This document shows positions 28,191-38,539 of a stretch of 64,000 bases of DNA, piece by piece. Within the stretch, counting starts at the first letter, position 1. Each line of letters begins with the position of its first letter. This DNA is from an uncultured Christensenellaceae bacterium (lineage in GTDB: Bacteria > Bacillota > Clostridia > Christensenellales > UBA3700). Location of the stretch: the NCBI GenBank assembly GCA_944383905.1, contig CALWRI010000009.1, positions 1,339-65,338 on the forward strand. Reading direction: 5' to 3'. The notes under the pieces were generated by a model. The model saw only the letters and a list, made by a program, of their open reading frames with translations. It was not told the origin of the DNA and did no database searches. The position numbers and the translations under genes are program-made.

Positions 28191-29654
28191 ATGAAAAAAA
28201 TCAGCGCGATTTTAGCGGTAGTCATCACGGCGGTATTGCTGTGCACCGCGTTTGTGGGTTGCGTGAACGCCGACGAGGGCAAGACATACGTCAGCATGGA
28301 CATCAATCCGTCGGTCAACCTTGTTATCGACGGTAAGGGCAAGGTCGAATCCGTCGAGGCGGCAAACGAAGACGCCCAGATAATGCTTTACGGCGAAGCG
28401 GTCGTGGGCAAGACGGCGGAGGAAGCGTTCGAACTCATTGCAAAACTCGCGGTTGACTGCGGTTATCTGACCGAGGAGAACAGCGGTATCAATGTCACGG
28501 TAGTGGCGGGAGACGGTTCCGCAAAGACGGAGGCAAACATCGGTAAACTTGTCGAAACCACGTTTGCGGCAGAAGCGGAAAAAGCAAACATAACTGTCAA
28601 TATCAACACGGGCGCCAGTTTTTCGCTCAACAGACAGTTTGAATACGCAAAGGGCAAGTACCCCAACGTCAGCGCTGTTCAGAATATGTCCATCGGCAAG
28701 TTCAAGCTCGTGACCGAGCTCGTTGCCAACGACGACGGCATCACCTTCGAGTATGCGGCTACCCTCGACGAAGAGGATCTGATCGCAAGACTCAACAAGT
28801 GCTATGAGAAGATCGAGCCGTACGCTACCGAGGCATACAAGGCAGCTGTTGCGGAGGCAAACGAAATCTTCGACATCGCCAAAGTTACCGCGGAAGGCAC
28901 TGCATGGACGGCATATTACACGCTCAACGCGCTGTCGCATCCTTACAATTACGGCGCAGCATATTCGGCTTACAGCATAGCGGCGGTCTCTCTCGACTAT
29001 ACTCTCGACAAAATCGAGCAGATAAGAAATCTTGCCGATCAGGCGCTTGCAGATGTCGACACCCAGAAGATAGCGGACGCGCTCGGCGTTGAAAAGAGCG
29101 AAGTGGACGCTGCGATCGTCGACGAAAACGGCAACGTCACTCTCGAAAGCATAGACGCTTATATCGACAGGACGATCAAGAACATGAGCGCGGAGGCTTA
29201 TCAGCAGATCAAGGACGAGCTGCCCGAACTCGAAGCGTACATCGACGGTATGCAGGCGGAAGTCGAAGAATTCATCAACACGCTTCCCGAAGAGTACGCA
29301 ACCGCAATCAACGACATCATCGCAGACGTCAAAGTGCTCGGCGGAGACATAGTCGATTTCGTTGCAAGCCTCGGAGATCTGACCGTTGACGACGTCAGGA
29401 GCGTAGTGACCTACCTCGAGAACAAGCGCGACGAAGCCATAGCGGACATCGAAGCGGATCTCGACGACAAGGAACTTGCGGCTGCTAAAGAGTACGTCAA
29501 GAGCGCAAACGACCTGATCACTTCGGCACAGAACGTCTACAACCAGACTCTCGAGATGGCGAAGAAGGAAGCGGAAGAATTCCTCGCGCAGGCTAAAGAG
29601 GGCAGATTCCAATGGCAGCATCAGCACGGACAGGAAGAGGACGTTCAGGCGTAA
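28191..29654 (+). CDS. Lipoprotein with an RsgI-like extracellular domain (paralog of the anti-sigma ectodomain)
   Basis: Start ATG28191 (RBS AAGGAGG); lipobox FVGC; YVSMDINPSVNL...ANEDA; acidic helical C-terminal part. Confidence 0.8.
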   Translation: MKKISAILAVVITAVLLCTAFVGCVNADEGKTYVSMDINPSVNLVIDGKGKVESVEAANEDAQIMLYGEAVVGKTAEEAFELIAKLAVDCGYLTEENSGINVTVVAGDGSAKTEANIGKLVETTFAAEAEKANITVNINTGASFSLNRQFEYAKGKYPNVSAVQNMSIGKFKLVTELVANDDGITFEYAATLDEEDLIARLNKCYEKIEPYATEAYKAAVAEANEIFDIAKVTAEGTAWTAYYTLNALSHPYNYGAAYSAYSIAAVSLDYTLDKIEQIRNLADQALADVDTQKIADALGVEKSEVDAAIVDENGNVTLESIDAYIDRTIKNMSAEAYQQIKDELPELEAYIDGMQAEVEEFINTLPEEYATAINDIIADVKVLGGDIVDFVASLGDLTVDDVRSVVTYLENKRDEAIADIEADLDDKELAAAKEYVKSANDLITSAQNVYNQTLEMAKKEAEEFLAQAKEGRFQWQHQHGQEEDVQA

Positions 29655-29751
29655 TAAAGACTTATTCCGGGAGAAATCCCGCCAACATAATTCCATACAA
29701 AGCCTATTTGAAATAGGGTAACCAAATCCCAAATCTACACACAACTGGCTG

Positions 29752-29781
29752 AATGGCAACCGAGAGATCGGTTGCCATTTG
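29752..29781 (+). terminator. Strong stem-loop/terminator
   Basis: AATGGCAACCGA/TCGGTTGCCATT 12-bp stem; short T tail. Confidence 0.6.
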
Positions 29782-29961
29782 GTCGTTCTGACGTTTTTCA
29801 AGCCGCTTTTTGCGGGTACGATCGCGCCGCGCTGCGTCCCGACGTCGTCGGAGGGAGGAAAAGGAAGCAACGGCGCGTTTGAGTAAAAATCGAGGATTTT
29901 GATGAAAAAGTCAAAAAAGTATGTTATTATAATAATATATGCGCTATGCGCGAGGTGAAAA

Positions 29962-30816
29962 ATGTATATAAAGGAATTGTTTGAAAAGAAAAAAGTCGTG
30001 ATGTCCGCAGAGGTTTTTCCGCCCAAGAGAAACGGTATGCTCGAAGGAGTCATCAGAGCGCTCAAAGAGATCAGACCACTCGATCCCGACTACGTGTCGA
30101 TAACTTACGGAGCGAGCGGGAGCGGCGGCATGACCACGGCGGACGTGGCGAGCGTTGTCATCGACGCGTTCGATATGACCGCGGTGGCGCACATGACCGC
30201 GGTAAATATGACGAAGGATCTGCTTGAAGAAAGATTGCAGATGTTGTCGCGCAAAGGCGTAAAAAGCATCCTTACTCTGCGCGGAGACATCGTCGAGGAC
30301 AGCAGGTTTTACGACTTCCGTCACGCCAACGAACTTGCGGCGTACATAAGCGAAAGATATCCGCAGTTCGAGCTCCTCGGCGCTTGTTATCCCGAAGGTC
30401 ATCCCGAGGCGAAGAACCTGGACGCGGATCTCGACATGATAAAGCTCAAAACCGAATGCGGAGTGTCCCATCTCGTCACGCAGCTTTTTTTCGACAACGC
30501 GACTTTTTACGATTTTGCCGAAAAGGCGGCGAAAAAGGGGATCGGCGCTACGGTGTCGGCAGGCATTATGCCGATAACGAGCGTGCAGCAGGTCGAAAGG
30601 ATCGTTTCGATGTGCGGCGTGCAGATACCCACGAAATTCAGCAAGATATGCGCCACTTACCAGGGCGAGGATCTCTACAAGGCGGGCATAGACTACGCGA
30701 TAGAACAGATCCGCGATCTTATCGACAACGGGGTCAGGGGCATACATCTTTATACGATGAACAAAGGCGACGTCGCAAAAGCGGTGTTCACCGCGTTTGA
30801 GGAAGACAGAAAGTGA
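29962..30816 (+). CDS. metF: 5,10-methylenetetrahydrofolate reductase
   Basis: SAEVFPPK, YVSITYGASGSG, LTLRGD, ACYPEGHPE, LVTQLFFDN, GIHLYTMN. Confidence 0.95.
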   Translation: MYIKELFEKKKVVMSAEVFPPKRNGMLEGVIRALKEIRPLDPDYVSITYGASGSGGMTTADVASVVIDAFDMTAVAHMTAVNMTKDLLEERLQMLSRKGVKSILTLRGDIVEDSRFYDFRHANELAAYISERYPQFELLGACYPEGHPEAKNLDADLDMIKLKTECGVSHLVTQLFFDNATFYDFAEKAAKKGIGATVSAGIMPITSVQQVERIVSMCGVQIPTKFSKICATYQGEDLYKAGIDYAIEQIRDLIDNGVRGIHLYTMNKGDVAKAVFTAFEEDRK

Positions 30817-31451
30817 TATCCGCCGAAATCCTTGCAAAATATCTCGGCAGAGGAGACGACGCGCTCCGACTTGCTCGGAAGGCAGTCGAAGAGGTGAAAA
30901 AGACTGCGCGTTGCCGCGCGGTCGAAGCGAGCGCGCGGCTCGTCAGAGAAAACGGCAGACTGTTTGCGGAAAATACCGTGCTCGAGTTTGAGGGCAAGGA
31001 CATTGAGAGATTGCTCGAAAACTGCGACGCGGTATATTATTTCTGCGCCACGGCGGGCGCGGAGACGGACAGGCTCATAGAGACGCTCAAACTCACCGAT
31101 CTGACTCTCGCATACGCGGTCGATCTGTGCGCGGGGCTGTGGGTGGACGACTATTGCGACGAGCTCGAAGCAAAGCAGAGAGAGAGGCTCGAACAACGCG
31201 GGCTTACTCTTACGAGGCGGTTTTCGTGCGGTTACGGGGATATGCCTCTCGCGTCGCAGGCGAATTTCATAGAGGCGCTCAAAGCGGACAAATTTTTGGG
31301 CATAAGACTTACCGAAGGAGGAATGATGATTCCCTCCAAGACGGTCAGCGCGGTCGCGGGTATAGGCAGGTCGCGCCGTGATTTCGACAGGTGCGCCGTA
31401 TGCGTCAGACGCGATTCTTGCGAAGGAGGAATTTGCAATGACAGACTTTAG
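30813..31451 (+). CDS. Stand-alone B12-dependent methionine synthase activation-domain protein
   Basis: FCATAG, RRFSCGYGDMPL, GIRLTEGGMMIPSKTVSAVAG, C-terminal Cys cluster; lies between metF and metH. Confidence 0.85.
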   Translation: MISAEILAKYLGRGDDALRLARKAVEEVKKTARCRAVEASARLVRENGRLFAENTVLEFEGKDIERLLENCDAVYYFCATAGAETDRLIETLKLTDLTLAYAVDLCAGLWVDDYCDELEAKQRERLEQRGLTLTRRFSCGYGDMPLASQANFIEALKADKFLGIRLTEGGMMIPSKTVSAVAGIGRSRRDFDRCAVCVRRDSCEGGICNDRL

Positions 31452-33783
31452 AAAGAGGATAATTCTCGACGGCGCCACGGGCAGTCTTCTCTCCGAAAGA
31501 AGCGGGGCGCCCGCGGGATACCGTCTCGAAAAGCTCAATATTCAGGATCCCGAAGTCGTATTTTCCGTCCATCGCGATTACGTCGAGGCGGGAAGCGACG
31601 TGATATATACCAACACTTTCGGAGCCAATCCGCTCAAACTCGGCAACGAAACGGCAGAGGCGGTAAAGGCAGCCGTCGCGATAGCGAGAAGGGCGGCGGG
31701 GAAAAAGGCGAGCGTCGCGCTCGACATCGGACCTCTCGGCAAACTTATCGGAGAAGGAGGCATATCTTTTGACGAAGCGTACGAAAATTATGCGGCGGTC
31801 ATTCGCGCGGCGGGCGACGAGACAGATCTCGTCGTGATAGAGACGATGACAGACCTCGCGGATGCGCGCATAGCGTTGCTTGCCGCAAAGGAAAACAGTT
31901 CTCTTCCGGTAATGCTTTCGATGTCCTTCGAGGCGGGAGGAAGGAGCGCTTTCGGCACCGATGTGGAGAGCTTTGCCCGCACTGTGTCGGGCATGGGCGT
32001 CGCCGCGATCGGCATCAACTGTTCGCTCGGACCGGTCGAAATGCTCCCGATGGCGAAAAAACTGATAGAAAGCACCGATCTGCCCGTATTTATCAAGCCC
32101 AACGCAGGCATGCCGCGGTTTGAAAACGGCAGGACGGTATACGATATAGACAAGCGCAGGTTCTGCGACGCGATGCGTGATATACACGCGCTCGGAGTGA
32201 ATATTCTGGGCGGCTGTTGCGGCACCGATCCCGATTATATAAGAATGCTCGACGAGAGCATAAGGGGAGTTGCGAAACGTCCGCCGTACAAGCCCGTCCG
32301 CGCCCTCGCAAGTTCGACTTCCACCGTCGTCGTGGACGGTATGAAGGTCGTCGGGGAAAGGATAAATCCGACGGGCAAAAAGGTCTTTCAGCAGGCTTTG
32401 AGAGAGGGGAATTTCGACTATATCCTCGCGCAGGGCATAGAGCAGTCGCAGGCTGGAGCCGACCTTCTCGACGTCAACGTGGGACTCAACGGCACGGACG
32501 AAAAGTCGAATATGGTCAGGGTCGTCGAGGGATTGCAGAAAGTCGTGTCGAGACCTCTCGTGATAGACAGCTCGTCTCCCGAGGTGCTCGAAGCGGCTTT
32601 GAGAAGATACAACGGAAAAGCGCTCGTAAACAGCGTGAACGGCAAGGCGAGCAGTATCGCAAGCGTGCTTCCGCTCGTCAAAAAGTACGGCGCGGCGGTC
32701 GTATGCCTCGCGCTCGACGAAAACGGGATCCCGGATACCGTCGAAGGCAGAGTGGAGATCGGCAAACGTCTCGTTGCGGAATGTGAAAAGGCGGGGATTG
32801 CCAAAGAGGACGTATACGTCGACGCCCTTACGATGGCGGAGTCGGCGCAAAAGGGCAGCGCGATGTGCACTCTCGGCGCACTCGGAGAGATAAAGACGCT
32901 CGGCGCGGGCAGCGTGCTCGGCGTGAGCAACATATCTTTCGGAATGCCGCACAGAGAGGACATAAACGCGTGTTTTCTCGGCATGGCAAAAGACGCGGGA
33001 CTCGATCTCGCGATAATAAATCCCTCGCTTGTCAACATCAGACCGTCGGAGTACGCGAGAGACTTCCTCGAGAATAAGGAAGGCGCGACCGACGCGTATA
33101 TTGCCTATGCGGCGAAGACGGACAGCGTAAAGACGGAGGATTTCGCTCCCGCGGACGCACCCGACATGACCCGTGCCATCGTGGGCGGAATGGGCGGACT
33201 CGCCGCAGAAACCGCGCGAAAACTGCTTGAAACACTCGATCCGCTCAAAGTCGCTTCGGACCATATCGTACCCGCGCTCGACCGCGTCGGAGAGCTTTAC
33301 GAAAGCGGCAAGATATTCCTGCCGCAGCTCATCGCCGCCGCAGACAGCGCGAAACAGGCTTTTGCGGTACTCGAGGAGAAGATGAACGAAAAAGGCGTAA
33401 AGGGCGAGGACAAGCGCTTCGTGATAGCCACCGTAAAAGGAGACATTCACGATATAGGCAAGAACATAGTCAAAGCCGTGGTGTCCAACTACGGCTTCAA
33501 GGTGATAGACCTCGGCAGAGACGTGGATTACAAGACGGTCCTCGACGCTGTCGAAAAGAACTATCCGTGCGTGCTCGGTCTTTCCGCACTGATGACGACG
33601 ACGGCGCAGAATATGGCGGAGACGATCTCCGTCGTCAGAAAGAGCTATCCCGACATAACCGTACTCGTCGGCGGCGCCGTGATAACTCCCGAATACGCAA
33701 AGACGATAGGCGGCGTCTACTGCAAGGACGCAAACACGACGGTAAAGGCTCTGAAAGAGATATTCGCACGGGGAACGGTTTGA
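31438..33783 (+). CDS. metH: Cobalamin-dependent methionine synthase (Hcy-, pterin- and B12-binding domains)
   Basis: Start ATG31438. LDGATG, GINCSLGP, GGCCGT, GERINPTGKK, IFLPQL, ATVKGDIHDIGKNIV (DxH B12 motif), SALMTTT. Confidence 0.92.
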   Translation: MTDFRKRIILDGATGSLLSERSGAPAGYRLEKLNIQDPEVVFSVHRDYVEAGSDVIYTNTFGANPLKLGNETAEAVKAAVAIARRAAGKKASVALDIGPLGKLIGEGGISFDEAYENYAAVIRAAGDETDLVVIETMTDLADARIALLAAKENSSLPVMLSMSFEAGGRSAFGTDVESFARTVSGMGVAAIGINCSLGPVEMLPMAKKLIESTDLPVFIKPNAGMPRFENGRTVYDIDKRRFCDAMRDIHALGVNILGGCCGTDPDYIRMLDESIRGVAKRPPYKPVRALASSTSTVVVDGMKVVGERINPTGKKVFQQALREGNFDYILAQGIEQSQAGADLLDVNVGLNGTDEKSNMVRVVEGLQKVVSRPLVIDSSSPEVLEAALRRYNGKALVNSVNGKASSIASVLPLVKKYGAAVVCLALDENGIPDTVEGRVEIGKRLVAECEKAGIAKEDVYVDALTMAESAQKGSAMCTLGALGEIKTLGAGSVLGVSNISFGMPHREDINACFLGMAKDAGLDLAIINPSLVNIRPSEYARDFLENKEGATDAYIAYAAKTDSVKTEDFAPADAPDMTRAIVGGMGGLAAETARKLLETLDPLKVASDHIVPALDRVGELYESGKIFLPQLIAAADSAKQAFAVLEEKMNEKGVKGEDKRFVIATVKGDIHDIGKNIVKAVVSNYGFKVIDLGRDVDYKTVLDAVEKNYPCVLGLSALMTTTAQNMAETISVVRKSYPDITVLVGGAVITPEYAKTIGGVYCKDANTTVKALKEIFARGTV

Positions 33784-33810
33784 CGGAAGAAGGAGACTGC
33801 GTGCTCCTTT

Positions 33811-33837
33811 GGCGCGGGGAGACCCGCGCCTTTTTTT
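33811..33837 (+). terminator. Intrinsic terminator
   Basis: GGCGCGGG/CCCGCGCC stem plus T7. Confidence 0.8.
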
Positions 33838-34142
33838 GCGCTTTTTGAGTTTTGCCGCAAGAGTGCGGCATTTCATGGATATGTATTTTTCTTTGCCCGT
33901 GTGCACAAAAGCATTAAAAGCATAGTGAGAGGCAGGCAGCAGACTCGTCTGCCGTCCTGTTTTCGCGGTTTCGCGGGCGATGGGGAAATAGCCCCGCCGA
34001 GGTTTTCAGACAGCCGCTTGCGTCCCGGAAAAGAATGAGATCCCGCCGCGCCGCCCGCGGCGGTGACAACGGGAAAAGGTTGCCTCTTCTGAATATTTGT
34101 CTCCTTCGTGAAGATACTAATTGCGACGAATACGGAGGGAAA

Positions 34143-34667
34143 ATGAAAGAAACGGGAATTGTCAGGCGTATCGACGAGCTCGGCAGAGTCGTGATACCCA
34201 AAGAACTCAGGAAGACTCTCAAGCTCAAAGAGGGCGAACAGATGGAGATTTTCACGACGGGCGACAAGTCGCTCGTTCTCAAAAGGTACAGCGCGCTCGG
34301 CGCGGGAGCCGATTTTTCGCAGGCTTATTGCGACGCGCTTTACCGCGCGACGGGCAAAGGGGCGGTGATATGCGACAGCTCCACCGTGCTGGGGGCGAGC
34401 GGAGCCGCCTGCAAAGAGCTTGTGGGAGGGGAGATAAGCGACAGATTGTTCAGGACGCTCGACGACCGCAGGACCTGCGCGCCTGAAAACCCCGTGCAGA
34501 TCGTCAAGGACGCGCCGCCGACGTGCAGGAACCAGCATATCGTCCCCGTCATAGTAGGCGGAGATCTGTACGGCGGCGTGGTGCTGTGTTCCGATGCGGA
34601 GATCTCCGCGACGGAGGAAAGACTCTGCGAGCTCGCGGCGGAGCTGATAGCGGCTACGCTCGAATAA
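34143..34667 (+). CDS. spoVT: Stage V sporulation protein T (AbrB-family regulator)
   Basis: Start ATG34143 (RBS GGAGG). MKETGIVRRIDELGRVVIPKELRKTL, GAF-like C-domain (PVIVGGDLYGGV); synteny with yabM/yabN. Confidence 0.88.
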   Translation: MKETGIVRRIDELGRVVIPKELRKTLKLKEGEQMEIFTTGDKSLVLKRYSALGAGADFSQAYCDALYRATGKGAVICDSSTVLGASGAACKELVGGEISDRLFRTLDDRRTCAPENPVQIVKDAPPTCRNQHIVPVIVGGDLYGGVVLCSDAEISATEERLCELAAELIAATLE

Positions 34668-36214
34668 TGCGCGGAGCGGGGAAGAACTCCGTACTGCGTT
34701 CGACTGCGGGACTCGCGCTGGCGGGCATAGTCTCCAAGGCGGTAGGCGCCTTTTACAGGATACCCCTGACAAACGTGCTGGGCGCGGAGGGGATAGGTCT
34801 TTACCAGACCTTTTTCCCCGTTTACGCGCTCTTTCTGACCTTTACGAGCGCAGCGCTTCCCACGGTCGTCGGCAGGTACGTCGCCTATTCGGATGCGCTG
34901 GGGATAGCGATACCCGAGACGCGCGCGGCGGCGAAAAGAGTGGCGTTCGCGCTCGGTGCGACGGGGCTTGTCTTCACCGCGCTTCTTGCCTATCCCGTCG
35001 CCGCGTTGCAGTCGCGCCCGCAGGTATGGCAAGGCTATCTGATAGTTGCGCCCGCGGTGCTTGCGGTCACTCTTTCGGCATATTACAAGGGGTATTTCAT
35101 AGGCAAAGGCAGGATGACGAGCAACGCGTTGTCGCAGACTGCGGAACAAGCCGTCAAGCTCGCCGTGGGTCTCACCGCGGCTTATCTGCTTGCGCCGAAA
35201 GGGATCGTGCTTGCGGTTTACGGCGCGCTTTTTGCCGTTACGGCAAGCGAAGCGGCGGGGCTGTTCTTTATGGCGGCGGCATACGGCAAGGACGTCGGAA
35301 AATCAAATAATTTTCCTGCCAGTGTCGATAAAAGAATATATTACGATATAATAAGAACAATGTTTCCGATAGCGGCTGCGGCGCTTGTAGTGCCCGTGTC
35401 GGGGTTTATCGACAGCTTTCTGATCGTCAGGCTACTCGCCGCGGGAGGGGAAGAGCTGTCGTCCGCGACGGCGGCATACGGCATTTACAGTGGCGCGGTC
35501 GGCACGGTGATAAACCTGCCCGTAGTCGTCGCGATCTCGCTTGCGGTCGCGGTGATACCAAGGGTGTCGGCGGGAGTGGCGAAAGGCGAGTATGTCGGCG
35601 TCAACAAGGCGACGGGGCTCACTCTCGGCGCGGGGCTTGCCGTGGCTGTGCCGTGTTTTTTCGCGTTACTGATACTTTCGGACGACGTGATAAATCTGCT
35701 TTACCCCGGGTTTTCCGCAGAGGAGGCGGGGAGAGCCGCCGAGCTTCTGAAGATACAGTCCTTCAACGTGATTGCCGCTTCTCTCGTGCAGTTGCTCTGC
35801 GGGATACTTCAGGCGCTCGGCGCGGGCAGGAGTGCGGCGTGCTATCTTGCGGTTTCCGTCGCGCTGAAGACGGCGGTGCAGGCGGTGCTTTTACCGCGTA
35901 TGGGAATCGTTGCCGCGCCGATAGCGCAACTGACGATGTATGCGCTTGCAACCGTGCTCGCGCTGGTCAGATATACCGAACTTGTCGGCAAAAATCCCCA
36001 ACTTGCAAAAAGCGTTAGTAAAATCGCGCTCGGGGGTGTTATAATGGGCGTGTGCGTAAGAGTCGTTTCGCTTGTCGTAAACGGCGGGGCGGCGAGACTC
36101 GCGCTGTCCGCGTTGATCGGCGGAGCGGCGTATTTCGCGACGCTGGCGTTGACCGGAGCGTTCGGGAAAGAAGCTCTTTCCTCGATATTCGGGCGCGCGG
36201 CGAAAGGAGAATGA
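34667..36214 (+). CDS. SpoVB/YabM-like polysaccharide/lipid II flippase (MOP superfamily)
   Basis: SKAVGAFYRIPLTNVLGAEGIGLYQ, SQTAEQAVKL, multiple TM helices; start ATG34667 overlaps the spoVT stop. Confidence 0.85.
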   Translation: MRGAGKNSVLRSTAGLALAGIVSKAVGAFYRIPLTNVLGAEGIGLYQTFFPVYALFLTFTSAALPTVVGRYVAYSDALGIAIPETRAAAKRVAFALGATGLVFTALLAYPVAALQSRPQVWQGYLIVAPAVLAVTLSAYYKGYFIGKGRMTSNALSQTAEQAVKLAVGLTAAYLLAPKGIVLAVYGALFAVTASEAAGLFFMAAAYGKDVGKSNNFPASVDKRIYYDIIRTMFPIAAAALVVPVSGFIDSFLIVRLLAAGGEELSSATAAYGIYSGAVGTVINLPVVVAISLAVAVIPRVSAGVAKGEYVGVNKATGLTLGAGLAVAVPCFFALLILSDDVINLLYPGFSAEEAGRAAELLKIQSFNVIAASLVQLLCGILQALGAGRSAACYLAVSVALKTAVQAVLLPRMGIVAAPIAQLTMYALATVLALVRYTELVGKNPQLAKSVSKIALGGVIMGVCVRVVSLVVNGGAARLALSALIGGAAYFATLALTGAFGKEALSSIFGRAAKGE

Positions 36215-36215
36215 T

Positions 36216-37580
36216 ATGATAGAAGTTGTCGGACTCGGATGTCGCAAAGGGCAGATCACGCTCGAAGGAGCGCAGGCAGTCGCAAGGGCAAAACACGTCT
36301 TCGTAAAGACGGCGAAGACGGATACTTTTTCTTATTTCGAAGACAAAGACGTCATGACTATGGACGACGTTTACGACAGCTGCGAGAATTTCGACGACCT
36401 CGACGAAAAGATAGTCGAAAGACTCGTCTCGCAAAAAGGCAAGATATGCTACTGCGTGAACGGGAGCGGCTACGACGACAGGTCCGTCGCTTTGCTTGCT
36501 TCCCGCACAGACGTGAAGATCTATCCGTCCGTATCCCGCGCGGCTGTGACGGCGGGGTTTACGACGGCGGCGGTTTACATAAGCGCGAGCGATCTCGTCT
36601 CGATGCGCGGGTTCGATTACGACGGCAGGCTCCCGCTCGTCGTGACCGACGTGGACGACAGGTATACGGCGTCCGAAGTAAAACTCGTGCTCCTCGACGT
36701 GTTAGGAGAGGACGAAAAAGTCTTCGTGTCGGGAAAAGAGACCACGGTCGCGGAAATGGATTTCTTCAAGAAATACGATTATTCGACCACGGTCTACTGT
36801 CCTCCGAGGGATTATCTCAAAAAGCACAGATACAACTTTGCCGACGTGATAGAGATGCTTTACCGCCTGCGCGGGGAAGACGGCTGTCCGTGGGACAGGG
36901 CGCAGACGCACGAGAGCATACGCTCCAACCTGATAGAGGAGGCGTACGAGCTCGTCGAGGCAATCAACAACAAGGACGTGGACAACATGATAGAGGAGAC
37001 GGGCGACGTTCTGCTTCAGGCGGTTTTCCACAGCGTTATCGCAGAGGACTGCGGAGAGTACGACGCGCACGACGTGGCGACCGCGCTCTGCAAAAAACTC
37101 ATCGGCAGGCACGAGCACGTCTTCGGCGACGTCGTCGCAAAGACGGCGGAAGAAGGTCTTGCCGCCTGGGACAGGGCGAAGGGAAAGGAAAAGCATTACA
37201 GCTCTTTCACCGACAAGATGGACAAGACTTCGGCAAGCCTTCCCGCGCTTATGAGAGCTTACAAGATACAAAAGACCGCGGCGAAAGCGGGCATGGATTT
37301 CGACAGCGCGGAGAGCGCGGCGGAGAAGTTGCGCGAGGAGATCGGAGAATTTCTTTCCGCTCCCGCAGAGGAAAGAGAGAACGAGGGCGGCGACGTGTTG
37401 TTCGCGGCGGTCAACGTACTGCGCGCTCTCGGTGTGGAGCCCGAAGTCGCGCTCGTCGCGGCGACCGAAAAGTTCTGCAAACGCTTCGCTTACGTCGAAA
37501 GCCGTTGCGAAAAACCTATGAACGAATACAGCGCGCAGGAGCTTGACGCGCTTTGGAGAGAAGCAAAGAATGAAGATTGA
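36216..37580 (+). CDS. mazG: YabN-like tetrapyrrole-methylase-like/MazG nucleoside triphosphate pyrophosphohydrolase
   Basis: GCPWDRAQTHES, EEAYELVEAI, EETGDVLLQ, KLIGRHEHVFG, EGGDVLFAAVN. Confidence 0.9.
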   Translation: MIEVVGLGCRKGQITLEGAQAVARAKHVFVKTAKTDTFSYFEDKDVMTMDDVYDSCENFDDLDEKIVERLVSQKGKICYCVNGSGYDDRSVALLASRTDVKIYPSVSRAAVTAGFTTAAVYISASDLVSMRGFDYDGRLPLVVTDVDDRYTASEVKLVLLDVLGEDEKVFVSGKETTVAEMDFFKKYDYSTTVYCPPRDYLKKHRYNFADVIEMLYRLRGEDGCPWDRAQTHESIRSNLIEEAYELVEAINNKDVDNMIEETGDVLLQAVFHSVIAEDCGEYDAHDVATALCKKLIGRHEHVFGDVVAKTAEEGLAAWDRAKGKEKHYSSFTDKMDKTSASLPALMRAYKIQKTAAKAGMDFDSAESAAEKLREEIGEFLSAPAEERENEGGDVLFAAVNVLRALGVEPEVALVAATEKFCKRFAYVESRCEKPMNEYSAQELDALWREAKNED

Positions 37581-38526
37581 CGGGATAACGCTCGCAAGCG
37601 ACGTCGTGCTTGCTCCGATAGCGGGTTTCAGCGACGTCGGAATGAGATACCTGTGCGCGCAGGCGGGCGCGGGACTCACTTATACCGAAATGGTTTCGGC
37701 AAAAGGTCTCGTCTACGGCAACGAGCATACCGAAGACCTGCTCCACACCACGGACGAGGAAAAGGTGCGCGCCGTTCAGATATTCGGCAACGATCCCGAG
37801 ATAATGTTGCGCGCGGTATGCGGCAGGGAGCTTGAAAAATTCGATATAATAGACGTCAATATGGGTTGTCCCGTCAAAAAGATAGTTTCCAACGGCGAAG
37901 GCAGCGCGCTTCTCAAAAACCCGAAGCTCGCCGCGGAGATAGTCAGGACTTTGCGTTCTTCGGGCAAACCTGTCACGGTCAAATTCCGGATAGGATTTTG
38001 CAAAGACGAGCGCACGGGCGTCGATTTCGCAAAGTATATGACGGACGCGGGCGCGGCTGCGCTCACCGTGCACGGCAGGACGAGAGAACAGTTTTACGAG
38101 GGCGCCGCGGATTGGGATTACATAGCCGAGGTCGTCCGCGCGACCGACGTACCCGTCATTGCCAACGGAGACGTATTTTCAAAAGAGGACTACGAAAAGA
38201 TAAAGGCGCATACGGGCGCGGTGGGAGTCATGATAGCGCGCGGCGCGCTGGGCAATCCGCAAATATTTTCTCAGATCACGGGCAGGAAATTCGCTTACGC
38301 GACGGTGAAGGAGACCGTGCTCAGGCATATAGAGGTGCTTGCGTCCTTCCATTCGGAGATATACACGGTCAACAATATGAAAAAACAGATTGCCTGCTAT
38401 TGCAAGGGATTGCGCGGAGGCAAACAGCTCAAACTCGCGGCGTTCGGAGCAAGGACGCTCGACGAGCTCGTGCGCGCGGTGACGGAGTCGGAAGCGCTCG
38501 ACGTTGCCGTGCCCGAAAGAAGATGA
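37570..38526 (+). CDS. dusB: tRNA-dihydrouridine synthase
   Basis: Start ATG37570. LAPIAG, DVNMGCPV, GSALL, TVHGRT, IANGD, VMIARGALGNP. Confidence 0.92.
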   Translation: MKIDGITLASDVVLAPIAGFSDVGMRYLCAQAGAGLTYTEMVSAKGLVYGNEHTEDLLHTTDEEKVRAVQIFGNDPEIMLRAVCGRELEKFDIIDVNMGCPVKKIVSNGEGSALLKNPKLAAEIVRTLRSSGKPVTVKFRIGFCKDERTGVDFAKYMTDAGAAALTVHGRTREQFYEGAADWDYIAEVVRATDVPVIANGDVFSKEDYEKIKAHTGAVGVMIARGALGNPQIFSQITGRKFAYATVKETVLRHIEVLASFHSEIYTVNNMKKQIACYCKGLRGGKQLKLAAFGARTLDELVRAVTESEALDVAVPERR

Positions 38527-38539
38527 CCCCGGAGGGAAT

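Noticed and set aside
29655-29961. Possible SAM riboswitch or Met T-box upstream of metF
   Set aside because: No SAM-I core (ATCAAGAG...GCAACC...GTGC) or T-box motif; the hairpin present fits the terminator of the upstream gene
31405-33906. 833-aa antisense ORF opposite metH (similar long antisense ORFs at 10112-12109, 12064-13785, 19416-21341, 28212-30065, 38675-40729, 40783-42636 and 56686-59241)
   Set aside because: These are shadow frames produced by GC-rich codon bias of well-supported genes on the other strand; they lack RBS and recognisable motifs
33870-33930. Possible forespore SigG promoter upstream of spoVT
   Set aside because: CATAGTG resembles a -10, but no -35 at the proper spacing could be identified with confidence
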